Assembly: GCA_963697555.1 (NCBI GenBank)
Contig: CAVOOK010000006.1
Coordinates: 17,936-81,935, forward strand
Direction: 5' to 3'
Origin: an uncultured Gammaproteobacteria bacterium
Lineage (GTDB): Bacteria; Pseudomonadota; Gammaproteobacteria; Xanthomonadales; Rhodanobacteraceae
DNA: 64,000 bases
Shown: piece by piece, positions 33,032-43,549 of the stretch
Numbering within the stretch: the stretch's first letter is position 1
How the letters are laid out: every line of letters starts with the position of its first letter
Notes under the pieces: generated by a model
The model's input: only the letters and a program-made list of their open reading frames with translations
Database searches by the model: none
What the model was told of the DNA's origin: nothing
Translations under genes and position numbers: made by a program

Positions 33032-33469
33032 TCAGGCAGCGGCGGTGTCGGTCATCCAGCTTTCGACACGGTGGCCGCTGCTGTGGACTTCCTTCAGTTC
33101 GCGCAGCAGCTGCATCACCTGCCGATGTTGCGGCTGCAGGCTGGCATGGGTGGAGTTTTTGGTTTCGTGGTAAGCGACGGCCAGCCACAGTGCGATGCCG
33201 CGCAACGCGACCTCGGCATTGTTCGAGCAGGCGCGTTCGTAACCGGCATCGGTGCCCTGGCCCCAGGGCAGGTAGCGAACCTCGGGAGCGGTGCCGTACA
33301 GATGCGGAAAATCGCTGCGCGAGGCCTGGCCGATCTCGCGCAGGGTCAGCGTGCTCAGGCGCTCCCGGTTGCGCTTGGGCAGGGACCGGATGCTGCGCTC
33401 GATATCGCGAAACTGGCGGCCGAGCTGGCGCGCCCGCATCATCACGAAAAATGGAGTGAGTAGTTGCAT
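33032..33469 (-). CDS. hypothetical protein
   Basis: 145-aa ORF with coding-like codon use; GIALWLAVAYHETK; GAAGGGG upstream. Confidence 0.75.
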   Translation of the reverse strand: MQLLTPFFVMMRARQLGRQFRDIERSIRSLPKRNRERLSTLTLREIGQASRSDFPHLYGTAPEVRYLPWGQGTDAGYERACSNNAEVALRGIALWLAVAYHETKNSTHASLQPQHRQVMQLLRELKEVHSSGHRVESWMTDTAAA

Positions 33470-33619
33470 GGGGGAACCCCTTCGACGCGGAATTCGGCAG
33501 CACGCGGGATGTGCGGCGGAGTGGCGAGGGTAGCGAAGCGATCCCGGAAATTGCGCCTAGAGCGTCACAAAATGACGCGAGGCGTCAGTTATCCGATGAG
33601 GTGAAGCAGTCGGCGGGCT

Positions 33620-34456
33620 TCAGCCCCGACCGAGCCGCTGTCCCACCATGACCTTCTGCTGCGGCTGCAACGCATCCAGGGTCGAGCCTTTTGGCAGCAG
33701 CACGATCACGGTGGAACCCATGTTGAAACGCGCCATCTCGGCGAAGCGTTCCAGCGTGATGTTCTGCCCGGCGAAGGATTTGCGCCGGATCGACGAGGCA
33801 TACGGCGGAATCACCAGGCCGTCCCACACCGTGGCCACCGACGAGACCAGGATGGCGCCGACCATCACCACCACGAACGGGCCGTGCTCGCCGTCGAAGT
33901 GGCAGACCAGGCGCTCGTTGCGGGCGAATAGTCGCGGTATCGCCGCCACCGCGAACGGCGCCACGCTGAAGATGCGCCCGGGCACGTGCACGGTTTCGCG
34001 CAGGGTTCCCTTCAGGGGCATGTGCACGCGGTGGTAATCGCGCGGCGATAGGTAGACGGTGACGAAGCTGCCATCGCGGTACGGCGCGGCGGCCGCTTCG
34101 TCTCCGCCGAGCAGTTCGGCGGCGGTGTACTCCTGCCCCTTGGCCTGGAAGATGCGGCCGTCGACGATCGCGCCGGACTGGCTGATGCGTCCGTCAGCGG
34201 GGCTCAGCAAGGCAGCCGGGTCGGCATCGGCGCGGCGTGCATCGGCGCGCAGCTTGCGCGTGAAGAACGCATTGAAATGCTGGTAGGCCAGGGCATCCGG
34301 CTGCACGGCCTCGGCCATGTCCACGTTGTAGTTGCGCACGATGGTGGCGATCAGCCAGTTCTTCCACGGCGCGAAGGTCCAGCGGGTGGCCCAGTAGACG
34401 ATGCGCGAAAGGAACCGGTGCGGCAGGATGTACTGCAGGAATACGTTGAAAGTCAT
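33620..34456 (-). CDS. psd: phosphatidylserine decarboxylase
   Basis: [33 protein letters not shown] cleavage motif. Confidence 0.95.
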   Translation of the reverse strand: MTFNVFLQYILPHRFLSRIVYWATRWTFAPWKNWLIATIVRNYNVDMAEAVQPDALAYQHFNAFFTRKLRADARRADADPAALLSPADGRISQSGAIVDGRIFQAKGQEYTAAELLGGDEAAAAPYRDGSFVTVYLSPRDYHRVHMPLKGTLRETVHVPGRIFSVAPFAVAAIPRLFARNERLVCHFDGEHGPFVVVMVGAILVSSVATVWDGLVIPPYASSIRRKSFAGQNITLERFAEMARFNMGSTVIVLLPKGSTLDALQPQQKVMVGQRLGRG

Positions 34457-34528
34457 CCGCCCAGTATAAGGGGTGCGCGCGGCCGCAGGCCTTATAATCG
34501 CCGGCCATTCCGTTGCACCTGGATCGCC

Positions 34529-35455
34529 GTGACCGCCGAACTCGCCACCATCATCGACTTCATCCGTTACGGCGCCAGTCGCTTCTCGGCTGCGGGGCTT
34601 ACCTTCGGGCACAGCCACGACAATCCGATCGACGAGGCCACGCACCTGATCCTCGCCAGCCTGCACCTGCCTCCGGACATTCCGCCGGCCTATGGCGCCG
34701 GCCGGCTTACTGCGGCCGAGCGGGAGAATGTGCTCGCCCTGATCGAGCGCCGCGTGAGCGAGCGTTTGCCGGTGGCTTACCTGGTCGGCGAGACCTGGTT
34801 CGCCGGGTTGAAGTTCAAGAGCGACCGCCGCGCGCTGGTGCCGCGTTCGCCGATCGCCGAGCTGATCGAGTCGGGCTTCGCGCCGTGGCTGGACGAACGG
34901 CACATCGAGCGCGCGCTGGATCTGTGCACTGGCTCGGGCTGCATCGGCATCGCGATGGCCGAATACAACCCCGAGTGGCAGGTCGACATCGTCGACATCA
35001 GCGGCGAGGCGTTGTCGCTGGCGCGCGAGAACATCGTGTTCCAGCATGTCGAGGGGCGGGTCGAAGCGATCCAGTCCGATCTGTTCGCCGGCGTGGCCGG
35101 CCGCAAATACGATCTGATCGTCTCCAATCCGCCGTACGTCACCGAAGACGAATACGCCGCGTTGCCCGGCGAATATGCGCATGAGCCGAAGCTCGGCCTC
35201 ACTTCCGGCGCCGATGGCCTCGATCTGTGCCTGCGCATGCTGGACGAGGCCGCCGATCATCTGAGCGACGATGGCCTGCTGATCGTGGAAGTGGGCGAAA
35301 GCGAGCACGCGCTGGCTGCGCTGCTGCCGGAAGTGCCCTTCATCTGGATCGAGTTCAAGGTGGGCCAGATGGGCGTGTTCGCGCTGGAGCGGCGCGACCT
35401 GATCGAGCACGCCGCATCCATCCGGGCGGCCGCTGCGGCGCGTCGCGCTGGCTGA
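34529..35455 (+). CDS. prmB: 50S ribosomal protein L3 glutamine methyltransferase
   Basis: [31 protein letters not shown], upstream of aroC. Confidence 0.95.
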   Translation: MTAELATIIDFIRYGASRFSAAGLTFGHSHDNPIDEATHLILASLHLPPDIPPAYGAGRLTAAERENVLALIERRVSERLPVAYLVGETWFAGLKFKSDRRALVPRSPIAELIESGFAPWLDERHIERALDLCTGSGCIGIAMAEYNPEWQVDIVDISGEALSLARENIVFQHVEGRVEAIQSDLFAGVAGRKYDLIVSNPPYVTEDEYAALPGEYAHEPKLGLTSGADGLDLCLRMLDEAADHLSDDGLLIVEVGESEHALAALLPEVPFIWIEFKVGQMGVFALERRDLIEHAASIRAAAAARRAG

Positions 35456-35466
35456 CGGATTCGCCG

Positions 35467-36019
35467 GTGGACATCACGACAGCACGCCTGCGTCTTGATG
35501 CGTTGCAAGCTGCCGACGCCGAGGCGTTGTTCGGCTATCGCGGTCGATCCGGACGTCTCGCGTTTCCAGGGCTGGCGTCCGGCCAGCGTGGCCGAGGCGG
35601 CAGCTTTCATCGAACGCCAGGCCGGCGCCTCGCTGGATATACCCGACAGCTGGTTTCAGCGGGCGATCCGTTTGCGCGACGACGGCACGCTGATTGGCGA
35701 TGTCGGCATCCATCTGCCCGCGGAAGCCGAGGGTTCGGTCGAGTTCGGCATCAGTATCGCGCCGGCCCATCAGGGCAGGGGCTACGCCTGCGAGTCGATG
35801 CGCGCGGTGTTCGAGCTGGTGTTCGGCCGGCTCGGCAGGCATCGCATCCACGCCTCGGCCGATCCGCGCAACCTCGCCAGCATGACCATGCTGCGTGCGC
35901 TGGGCATGCGCCAGGAGGCCCATCATCGCGAAAGCCTGTGGCTGCACGGCGAATGGGTCGACGACGCGGTGTTCGCGTTGCTGGCCAGCGAGTGGCGCGC
36001 CGCGCAGTCGACCCGCTGA
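35467..36019 (+). CDS. RimJ/RimL-type GNAT acetyltransferase with one +1 frameshift near 35544
   Basis: [25 protein letters not shown] then [10 protein letters not shown]…HQGRGYA…NLAS…GMRQE in the next frame. Confidence 0.8.
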
Positions 36020-36075
36020 CGCGATAGTGCGCCGTCGCGCTAAGCTGTAGCGGTTTCCTTCGGACGTCCAAACCC

Positions 36076-37164
36076 TTGTCCAGCAATTCCTTCGGCAAAC
36101 TGTTCACCGTCACCACCTTCGGCGAAAGCCATGGGCCGGCGATCGGCTGCGTGATCGACGGCTGCCCGCCGGGGCTGGCTATCAGCGCTGAAGCATTCCG
36201 TACCGACCTCGATCGCCGCGCCACCGGCCGAAGCCGCTACACCTCGCAGCGGCACGAGGCCGACGACGTCGAAATCCTCTCCGGCGTGTACGAAGGCAAA
36301 ACCACCGGCACGCCGATCGCGCTGCTGATCCGCAACACCGACCAGCGCAGCAAGGATTACGGCGACATCGCGTCGACCTTCCGCCCCGGCCATGCCGATT
36401 ACACCTACTGGCAGAAATACGGCATCCGCGATCCGCGTGGTGGCGGACGTTCGTCGGCGCGCGAAACCACCATGCGCGTGGCTGCCGCGGTCATTGCCAA
36501 GAAGTGGCTGGCCGAGCGCCACGGCGTGCGCGTGCGCGGTTATCTGGCGCAGATCGGCGAGGTCACGCCGGATGCGTTCGCCTGGGAAGCGGTGGAGCAG
36601 AACCCGTTCTTCTGGCCCGACGCGGCACAGGTCCCGGCGCTGGAGGCCTATATCAACGCGCTGCGCAAATCCGGCGATTCGGTCGGCGCACGCGTCAACG
36701 TGGTCGCCGATGGCGTGCCGCCGGGTTGGGGCGAGCCGATCTACGGCAAGCTCGATGGCGACCTGGCCAGCGCGCTGATGTCGATCAACGCGGTCAAGGG
36801 CGTGGAGATCGGTGACGGTTTCGCCGCGGTGGCCCAGCGCGGCAGCCAGCACCGCGATGAAATGAGTATGGACGGCTTTGCGTCCAATCATGCCGGCGGC
36901 ATTCTTGGCGGCATCAGCAGCGGCCAGCCGGTAACGGCGTCGATCGTGCTCAAGCCCACCTCGAGCATCCTGATCCCCGGCCACAGCGTGAACCTGGCCG
37001 GCGAGCCGGCCGAGGTGGTGACCAAGGGCCGCCACGATCCCTGCGTCGGCATCCGTGCCACACCGATCGCCGAAGCGATGATGGCGCTGGTGCTGATCGA
37101 TCACGCGCTGCGCCATCGTGCCCAGTGCGGCGACGTAGGCGTGGTGACGCCGCGCATCCCATGA
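36076..37164 (+). CDS. aroC: chorismate synthase
   Basis: [28 protein letters not shown]. Confidence 0.98.
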   Translation: MSSNSFGKLFTVTTFGESHGPAIGCVIDGCPPGLAISAEAFRTDLDRRATGRSRYTSQRHEADDVEILSGVYEGKTTGTPIALLIRNTDQRSKDYGDIASTFRPGHADYTYWQKYGIRDPRGGGRSSARETTMRVAAAVIAKKWLAERHGVRVRGYLAQIGEVTPDAFAWEAVEQNPFFWPDAAQVPALEAYINALRKSGDSVGARVNVVADGVPPGWGEPIYGKLDGDLASALMSINAVKGVEIGDGFAAVAQRGSQHRDEMSMDGFASNHAGGILGGISSGQPVTASIVLKPTSSILIPGHSVNLAGEPAEVVTKGRHDPCVGIRATPIAEAMMALVLIDHALRHRAQCGDVGVVTPRIP

Positions 37165-37191
37165 CCGGCTGCAACGAGCGGAACCCTGCCG

Positions 37192-38181
37192 ATGAGTGAC
37201 AAGCCGCGCGTCTGGATTTCCCGCCCCACCTTTCCCGGCGTCATTGCCCGGCTCGAACCGCACTTCGAGGTCACGGCCGAACCGGAGGAAGTGAAGTTCA
37301 GCCGCAGCGAACTGGCGGCCAGGCTGGCCGGGCAGGATGCCGCCATCGTGGGCTTGAAGGAGCGCATCGGTGCGGCGGAAATCGCCGGCGCGACGCGCTT
37401 GCGCATCGTCGCCAACCTCAGTGTCGGCTACGACAACCTCGACCTGGATGCGCTGAGCGCGGCCGGCATCGCCGTCTCCAATACCGCCGACGTGCTCAAC
37501 GAGAGCGTGGCCGACTACGCCTGGGCACTGATGCTGGGCGCGGCGCGGCGAATGAGCGCGGCCGAACGCTGGCTGCGCGCCGGGCACTGGCATGCCACCG
37601 AATTCAAGGGCTGGCTGGGCACGGACGTGCGCGGGCGCACGCTGGGCATCCTCGGCATGGGACGCATCGGCCAGGCCATTGCGCGGCGTGCGGTGGGCTT
37701 CGGCATGCCGGTGCTCTACCACAACCGTTCACCGTTGCCGCAGGCGGACGAGCGCGCCTGCAACGCGCGCTATGTCGACAAGCAGCAGCTGCTGCGCGAG
37801 TCGGATTTCCTGATGCTGGTGCTGCCGTTGACGGCACAGACCCGGCATGCGATCGGCGCGCCTGAGCTGGCATTGATGAAGCCGACCGCCATCCTGTTGA
37901 ACGTGGCCCGCGGCGGCATCGTGGACGATGCCGCGCTGGCTGCAGCGCTGCGCGAGCGGCGTCTGGCCGGTGCCGGACTGGACGTGTTCGAGGGCGAGCC
38001 TGTCGTGCACCCGGGCCTGCTTGCCTTGGACAATGTCGTGCTCAGCCCGCATATCGCCAGCGCCACGACCGACACGCGCCGCGCCATGACGGCGGTCGCC
38101 GTGGACAATGTGCTGGCCATGTTCGGCCACGGCCCGCATGCCGGGCGGCCACCCAACATCCTCAACCCGAACGTGCTGTGA
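37192..38181 (+). CDS. D-2-hydroxyacid dehydrogenase (GhrB-like)
   Basis: VGYDNLD, GILGMGRIG, NVARG, LDVFEGEP, PHIAS. Confidence 0.9.
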   Translation: MSDKPRVWISRPTFPGVIARLEPHFEVTAEPEEVKFSRSELAARLAGQDAAIVGLKERIGAAEIAGATRLRIVANLSVGYDNLDLDALSAAGIAVSNTADVLNESVADYAWALMLGAARRMSAAERWLRAGHWHATEFKGWLGTDVRGRTLGILGMGRIGQAIARRAVGFGMPVLYHNRSPLPQADERACNARYVDKQQLLRESDFLMLVLPLTAQTRHAIGAPELALMKPTAILLNVARGGIVDDAALAAALRERRLAGAGLDVFEGEPVVHPGLLALDNVVLSPHIASATTDTRRAMTAVAVDNVLAMFGHGPHAGRPPNILNPNVL

Positions 38182-38215
38182 GCGCACGATCCTCCAGACC
38201 CGAGCAAATCATTCG

Positions 38216-39247
38216 ATGAGTCAGAAGAGCAGTTACAAAGTCGCCATGGTCGGCGCTACCGGTGCCGTCGGCGAGACCTTGCTGGCGATACTCGCCGAGC
38301 GCGATTTCCCGGTCAGCGAGCTGGTGCCCCTGGCCAGCGAGCGCTCGGCGGGCGGGAAGGTCACGTTTGCGGGGGACGAGATCACCGTGCAATTGCTGGA
38401 CACCTATGACTTTGAAGGTGTCGACATCGCATTCTTCTCGGCCGGCGGCTCGGTCAGCCGGGAACACGCGCCGCGCGCGGCGGCCGCCGGCGCGGTGGTG
38501 ATCGACAACACCTCGGAGTTCCGCTACCAGGACGACATTCCGCTGGTGATCAGCGAGGTCAATCCGCACGCCATCGCCCAGTACACCAACCGCGGCATCA
38601 TCGCCAACCCCAACTGCTCGACCATGCAGATGCTGGTGGCGCTGGCGCCCATCCACCGGGCGGTGCAGATCGAGCGGATCAATGTGGCCACCTATCAGTC
38701 GGTATCCGGCGCCGGCCGCAGCGGCATGGAGGAACTCGGCAGGCAGACTGCGGCGTTGCTGAATTTCCAAAGCGTGGAGCCGGGCAAGAAATTCCCCGCG
38801 CAGATCGCCTTCAATGTGATCCCGCAGATCGACGACTTCCAGCCCAATGGCTACACGAAAGAAGAGATGAAGCTGGTGTGGGAAACGCGAAAAATCCTCG
38901 AGGACGAATCGATCCAGGTCAATCCGACCGCGGTGCGCGTGCCGGTGTTCTACGGGCATTCCGAAGCCGTGCACATCGAGACCAGCGACAAGATCACCGC
39001 CGAGCAGGCCAGCGAATTGCTGCGGCAGGCGCCGGGCGTGGTGCTGGTGGACGAGCGCAAGGCGGGCGGCTATCCGACTCCGGTGGGCGAAGCGGCCGGC
39101 AACGACGCGGTGTATGTCGGACGCGTCCGCGAGGACATCTCGCACGAACGCGGGCTCGACCTGTGGATCGTGTCGGACAACATCCGCAAGGGCGCAGCGT
39201 TGAACGCCGTGCAGATCGCCGAACTGCTGATCAAGGACTATCTCTGA
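38216..39247 (+). CDS. asd: aspartate-semialdehyde dehydrogenase
   Basis: GATGAVG, ANPNCST, VRVPVFYGHS, DNIRKGAALN. Confidence 0.97.
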   Translation: MSQKSSYKVAMVGATGAVGETLLAILAERDFPVSELVPLASERSAGGKVTFAGDEITVQLLDTYDFEGVDIAFFSAGGSVSREHAPRAAAAGAVVIDNTSEFRYQDDIPLVISEVNPHAIAQYTNRGIIANPNCSTMQMLVALAPIHRAVQIERINVATYQSVSGAGRSGMEELGRQTAALLNFQSVEPGKKFPAQIAFNVIPQIDDFQPNGYTKEEMKLVWETRKILEDESIQVNPTAVRVPVFYGHSEAVHIETSDKITAEQASELLRQAPGVVLVDERKAGGYPTPVGEAAGNDAVYVGRVREDISHERGLDLWIVSDNIRKGAALNAVQIAELLIKDYL

Positions 39248-39249
39248 CC

Positions 39250-39546
39250 ATGCGCTGCCTGCAACTCATGGGTTTGTTGTGTTTAGCCGTGACCTCGGCT
39301 GCCTGGGCCAATCCTGGCCAGACAGGGCCGAAACGGGCTGCACGGGCCTCGTCGTCCTTGCCCGCGGTCCATCAGCGCGTGGCCCGCAGCAAGGCCGAAG
39401 TCCGGCGGCTGGAGCAGGATCTGGCCAGGCAGGAGTCGCACAGCAAGCAGGCCAGCAGGCGGCTGCAGGAGCGGGACCAAGCCATCGCCGAACTGCAGAA
39501 ACAGCTGCAGGAGCTGCAGGCCCGGCCTTCCGCTGGCCAGCATTGA
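39250..39546 (+). CDS. small exported coiled-coil protein
   Basis: Signal peptide (…AAWA-NPG), Q/E/L heptads. Confidence 0.6.
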   Translation: MRCLQLMGLLCLAVTSAAWANPGQTGPKRAARASSSLPAVHQRVARSKAEVRRLEQDLARQESHSKQASRRLQERDQAIAELQKQLQELQARPSAGQH

Positions 39547-39633
39547 GTACACCGCCGCGGTGAGAACACATGGCAGCAATGCGCTGCAAGTATTCGCCAC
39601 AGCTATTGTTGATTGGCTTGCATATAACTAAAG

Positions 39634-39649
39634 TGGCACCTCGTTTGCC
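39634..39649 (+). promoter_or_regulatory. sigma-54 (-24/-12) promoter of fimV
   Basis: TGGCAC-CTCGT-TTGC with exact GG-N10-GC spacing, preceded by an AT-rich stretch. Confidence 0.65.
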
Positions 39650-39710
39650 GCTGTAGCCGCCACGGCGGCGACACCACAGAGTTGCGCCAGGATCGTTCGG
39701 GGGAACACGC

Positions 39711-42038
39711 ATGAATCGTTCGTTGAAGTTGTCGATGCTCATGGCACTGGCACTTGGCACCAGCCAGGCCATCGCCCTGGATCTGGGCCAGATCCAGGTC
39801 AAGTCGGCGCTGGGGCAGCCCCTGCTGGCAGAAATTCCGGTGCATCCGGCCAGTCCGGCGGAGTTGCAGAATCTCACCGTCCAGCTGGCCTCCAGCGAGG
39901 AATTCGCCCGTGCCGGCATCGTCGGCGGGCGCACGATCATTCCGCTGCGTTTCAGCGTGGCGAACGCCGCCGGCGGCAAGGTCATCCGCATCACCAGCAG
40001 CGAGGCGGTGCAGGATCCTTATCTCGACCTGCTGCTTGAGGTGAACAGCAACGCCGGCAGGAGCGTGCGCGAGTTCGCCATCCTGCTGGATCCGCCCAGC
40101 GCTGCAGCCGCACCCGCACCGGTGGCCGCCGCGCCGACGCGCCGTTTGGCGACGCCAGCGCGACCGGCACAGACCCGGCAATCGGCAGCGCCACGTGCTG
40201 CAGCGGCCCCCACGGCCGCGCCGGCCGTCAGCAATGGCCAGTACGGACCGGTCGAGCGCGGCCAGACGCTGTCCTCGATCGCCCGCAGCGCTGCACCGGC
40301 AGGCGTGAACGCGCAGCAGATGATGCTGGCGTTGAAGCAGGCCAATCCGGACGCGTTCTACCGCGACAACATCAACGCGCTGAAGAGCGGAGCGATTCTC
40401 CGCGTGCCGACCTCCGCCGAGGCGCAAGCCATGACAATCGCTGCGGCGATGGCCGAAGTGCGCCGGCAGAACAGCGACTGGCGCGCCGGCACTCCCGGCC
40501 AGCCCGCCGTCGTGGCCGATACGGCGACCCGCGCCTCCGCTTCCAGTGCGCCCAGCAACACGGGCGCCGGCGCCGGCGATCGGCTAGCGCTGGTGCAGGC
40601 GAAGGACAGCAAGAACGCCGGTGGCCCCGGCAACAGTGCAGCCGGCAGGGATGACAAGATGGCTGCCAGCCTTCGCCAGGAGTTGCTGCGCAACCAGGAA
40701 AGCCTGGCCAGCCTGCAGCAGCAAGGCAGCGAATTGAAAACCCGCCTGAAGGATATGGCGGACATCAACAGCAAGAACGAACACCTGCTCTCGTTGAAGG
40801 ACAGCGAGATCGCCGACCTGCAGGCCAAGCTGGCCGCCGCGCGCAAAGCGGCCGGCTCTGCGCCTGCAGCGGCGGAAGTGAAGCCGACCCCGTCTCCGGC
40901 CGCCAACGCGCCGAAGCCGGCGCTGACGGAAAGCCATATGGAAACCGCCACGGCCAGCACCGTGGCGAGCCCGACGCCCGCGGGGGCGCCTTCCAGCGCG
41001 GTCGTGACCACCGCTCTTGCCAGCGCATCCACTGCTCCTTCAACCAGCATGTCGGCAGCGCACGCTGCGGCGGCTGCCCCGGCGCCGGTCAAGCCGGCTG
41101 CCAAGCCGGTTACCAAACCGGTGGCCGCGCCGGCGGTCGAGCAGCCCTGGTACATGCAGACCTGGGCGTGGGGTGCTGGCGTCGCGGCGATCGCGCTGCT
41201 GTTGCTGCTGGCATTGCTCGGTCGGCGCCGCAAGCCGGCAACCGCGGCGGCATCGCCCAAGGCCGCCCCGTCGCTGGCTGATCGCTTCGGCTCCACGGCG
41301 GCAGAGCAGGACCTCATCGGCGGCGAAGACGTCGATCAGGAGGAATTGCTGGATCAGCTGGCCGAGCATCCGGACGATATCGGCCTGCATCTGGAGCTGG
41401 TCACGTTGTACTACTCGCGCCGCGACGTCGAGCACTTCGAGGCAGCCGCCGAGGCGATGCATGCCCACATCACCGATCCGCAGCAGGACGAATGGCAGGA
41501 CGTGATGCACATGGGGGAGGACCTGGTCCCCGGCCATCCGCTGTTCGATCACCATGCCGAATTGCCGCTGGCCGGTGACGCAGAGGCCCATCGCGAATTC
41601 GACATCGACGACTACGCGGACGAAGCCGACGCCCCAACCGTGGTGTCGACGATGCCGCCGCTGCCGACGGGCGCACCCAAGAAGGTCAGCGAATACAACT
41701 TCAATTTCGACCTCACCAGGCCGGCAGGAACCGAGTCCTCGCAGCCTTCACCGGCCGCGGACGATGCCACGGTGGTGGCACCGGTGGCCGCGGTGGCGGA
41801 GGCCAAGCTACCGGAAACGAGCTGGCATTTCGACGACGCGGAAAGCGCACATCCGGTCGACGGGCTGGATGTCGAGGAATTCAACGATGATCCGATTGAC
41901 ACCAAGCTCGACCTCGCCCGCGCCTATCTGGACATGGGTGATGCCGATGGCGCGCGCGCGATGCTGGGCGAGGTGATGAAGGAAGGCAGCCAGATGCAGC
42001 GGGACACCGCCAAGCGTCTGCTGGACAACCTGCACTGA
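39711..42038 (+). CDS. fimV: FimV/HubP polar landmark protein
   Basis: LGQIQVKSALGQPL, LysM-like segment (VERGQTL…NPDAF), coiled coil, TM helix, C-terminal TKLDLARAYLDMGD. Confidence 0.93.
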   Translation: MNRSLKLSMLMALALGTSQAIALDLGQIQVKSALGQPLLAEIPVHPASPAELQNLTVQLASSEEFARAGIVGGRTIIPLRFSVANAAGGKVIRITSSEAVQDPYLDLLLEVNSNAGRSVREFAILLDPPSAAAAPAPVAAAPTRRLATPARPAQTRQSAAPRAAAAPTAAPAVSNGQYGPVERGQTLSSIARSAAPAGVNAQQMMLALKQANPDAFYRDNINALKSGAILRVPTSAEAQAMTIAAAMAEVRRQNSDWRAGTPGQPAVVADTATRASASSAPSNTGAGAGDRLALVQAKDSKNAGGPGNSAAGRDDKMAASLRQELLRNQESLASLQQQGSELKTRLKDMADINSKNEHLLSLKDSEIADLQAKLAAARKAAGSAPAAAEVKPTPSPAANAPKPALTESHMETATASTVASPTPAGAPSSAVVTTALASASTAPSTSMSAAHAAAAAPAPVKPAAKPVTKPVAAPAVEQPWYMQTWAWGAGVAAIALLLLLALLGRRRKPATAAASPKAAPSLADRFGSTAAEQDLIGGEDVDQEELLDQLAEHPDDIGLHLELVTLYYSRRDVEHFEAAAEAMHAHITDPQQDEWQDVMHMGEDLVPGHPLFDHHAELPLAGDAEAHREFDIDDYADEADAPTVVSTMPPLPTGAPKKVSEYNFNFDLTRPAGTESSQPSPAADDATVVAPVAAVAEAKLPETSWHFDDAESAHPVDGLDVEEFNDDPIDTKLDLARAYLDMGDADGARAMLGEVMKEGSQMQRDTAKRLLDNLH

Positions 42039-42062
42039 TCGCGGCTGCGTCCTCAGCACATG

Positions 42063-42097
42063 ACGAAGTCGGGCCGGCCTAGCCGGCCCGCCTTCGT
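42063..42097 (+). terminator. hairpin after fimV
   Basis: ACGAAG-tCGGGCCGGC-cta-GCCGGCCCG-cCTTCGT. Confidence 0.6.
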
Positions 42098-42146
42098 TGC
42101 GGGCTGCTAATCTTCAGCATCTTTCACCGAGCTCTTGCACGACGTC

Positions 42147-42929
42147 ATGCGTATCGCCCTGGGCATCGAATACGACGGCACCGATTTCTTCGGCTGGCAG
42201 CGGCTGACGCAAGGTCCCAGCGTGCAGGGCAGGCTGGAAGAAGCGCTATCGCGGGTCGCGGCGCACCCGGTCGAGGTCAGCTGCGCAGGGCGCACCGATG
42301 CCGGCGTGCATGGCCGTTGCCAGGTCGTCCATTTCGATACCGGAGCCCAGCGAGACATGCGCGGCTGGGTCCTGGGGACCTGTTCGAACCTCCCTGCGAG
42401 CGTGGCCGTGCTGTGGGCAAAGCCGGTGCTGGAAAGCTTCCACGCGCGCTATGCGGCGCGCAGCCGGCGTTATCGTTATCACATCCTCAACCGCTCGGTG
42501 CGGGCGGCGCTGGATGCCCGCTACGTCACCTGGGAGCGATTGCCGCTGGACGCCGAACGCATGCACGCCGCCGCGCAGGCGCTGTTGGGCGAACATGATT
42601 TCAGCGCCTTCCGCGCGTTGTCCTGCCAGGCGGCACATCCCCGCCGCTCGATGTTGGCGGTGAGCGTGCGGCGCGAGGGTGAGCACGTGCTGGTCGATGT
42701 CGAGGCGAACGCGTTCCTGCATCACATGGTGCGCAATATTGTAGGTTCGCTGTTGACGATCGGCCGGCACGAGCAACCCGTCGAATGGATGGCCGAGTTG
42801 CTGGCCGGTCGCGACCGCCAGGTAGCCGGACCCACGGCGGCCGCTTCGGGGCTGACCTTCGTCGGGCCACGTTACGAGTCGCACTGGGGTCTGCCGCACG
42901 ACGTCTGCCTTCCTGGAGCCGCCTCGTGA
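42147..42929 (+). CDS. truA: tRNA pseudouridine(38-40) synthase
   Basis: [31 protein letters not shown]. Confidence 0.97.
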   Translation: MRIALGIEYDGTDFFGWQRLTQGPSVQGRLEEALSRVAAHPVEVSCAGRTDAGVHGRCQVVHFDTGAQRDMRGWVLGTCSNLPASVAVLWAKPVLESFHARYAARSRRYRYHILNRSVRAALDARYVTWERLPLDAERMHAAAQALLGEHDFSAFRALSCQAAHPRRSMLAVSVRREGEHVLVDVEANAFLHHMVRNIVGSLLTIGRHEQPVEWMAELLAGRDRQVAGPTAAASGLTFVGPRYESHWGLPHDVCLPGAAS

Positions 42930-43549
42930 CCCGCATCAAATGCTGCGGCATGACTCGCGTGGATGACGCTCTGCTCGCCGCGCGCCTGGGCGCCGAGGCG
43001 ATCGGCATGGTGTTCACTGCACGCAGCAAGCGGACAGTGACGCTTGCACAGGCGCGGCAGATCGTGGGCGCGCTGCCGCCGTTCGTCAGCACCGTGGCCT
43101 TGTTCATGGATGACGAGGCCGCCCTGGTGCGCCAGGTTGTCGAGGAACTCCAGCCGGGCTTCCTGCAGTTTCATGGCGACGAGGACGACGCGTGGTGCGC
43201 GCAGTTTGGCCGTCCATTCCTGAAAGCGATCGCGATGGGCGAGGGCGCCAGCGCGTTGTCGCGCCTGCGCGATCATCCCCGCGCCGCCGGCTTGCTGCTT
43301 GACGGTCACGGAGCAGGCGAGGCCGGCGGCAGCGGCAAGGCCTTCGACTGGTCGTTGCTGCCGTCGAACCTGGCGCAACCGGTGATCCTGGCGGGCGGCC
43401 TGAACCCGCACAACGTCTCGCAGGCCATGCGCACGGTGCGCCCGTGGGCGGTGGATGTGGCCAGCGGGATCGAGTCGGAGCCCGGCGTCAAGGATCCGCA
43501 CAAGCTGGCCGCCTTCGTCCGTGCAGTGCGGGCGGCGGACGCGGCATGA
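42926..43549 (+). CDS. trpF: phosphoribosylanthranilate isomerase
   Basis: [35 protein letters not shown]. Confidence 0.95.
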   Translation: MTRIKCCGMTRVDDALLAARLGAEAIGMVFTARSKRTVTLAQARQIVGALPPFVSTVALFMDDEAALVRQVVEELQPGFLQFHGDEDDAWCAQFGRPFLKAIAMGEGASALSRLRDHPRAAGLLLDGHGAGEAGGSGKAFDWSLLPSNLAQPVILAGGLNPHNVSQAMRTVRPWAVDVASGIESEPGVKDPHKLAAFVRAVRAADAA

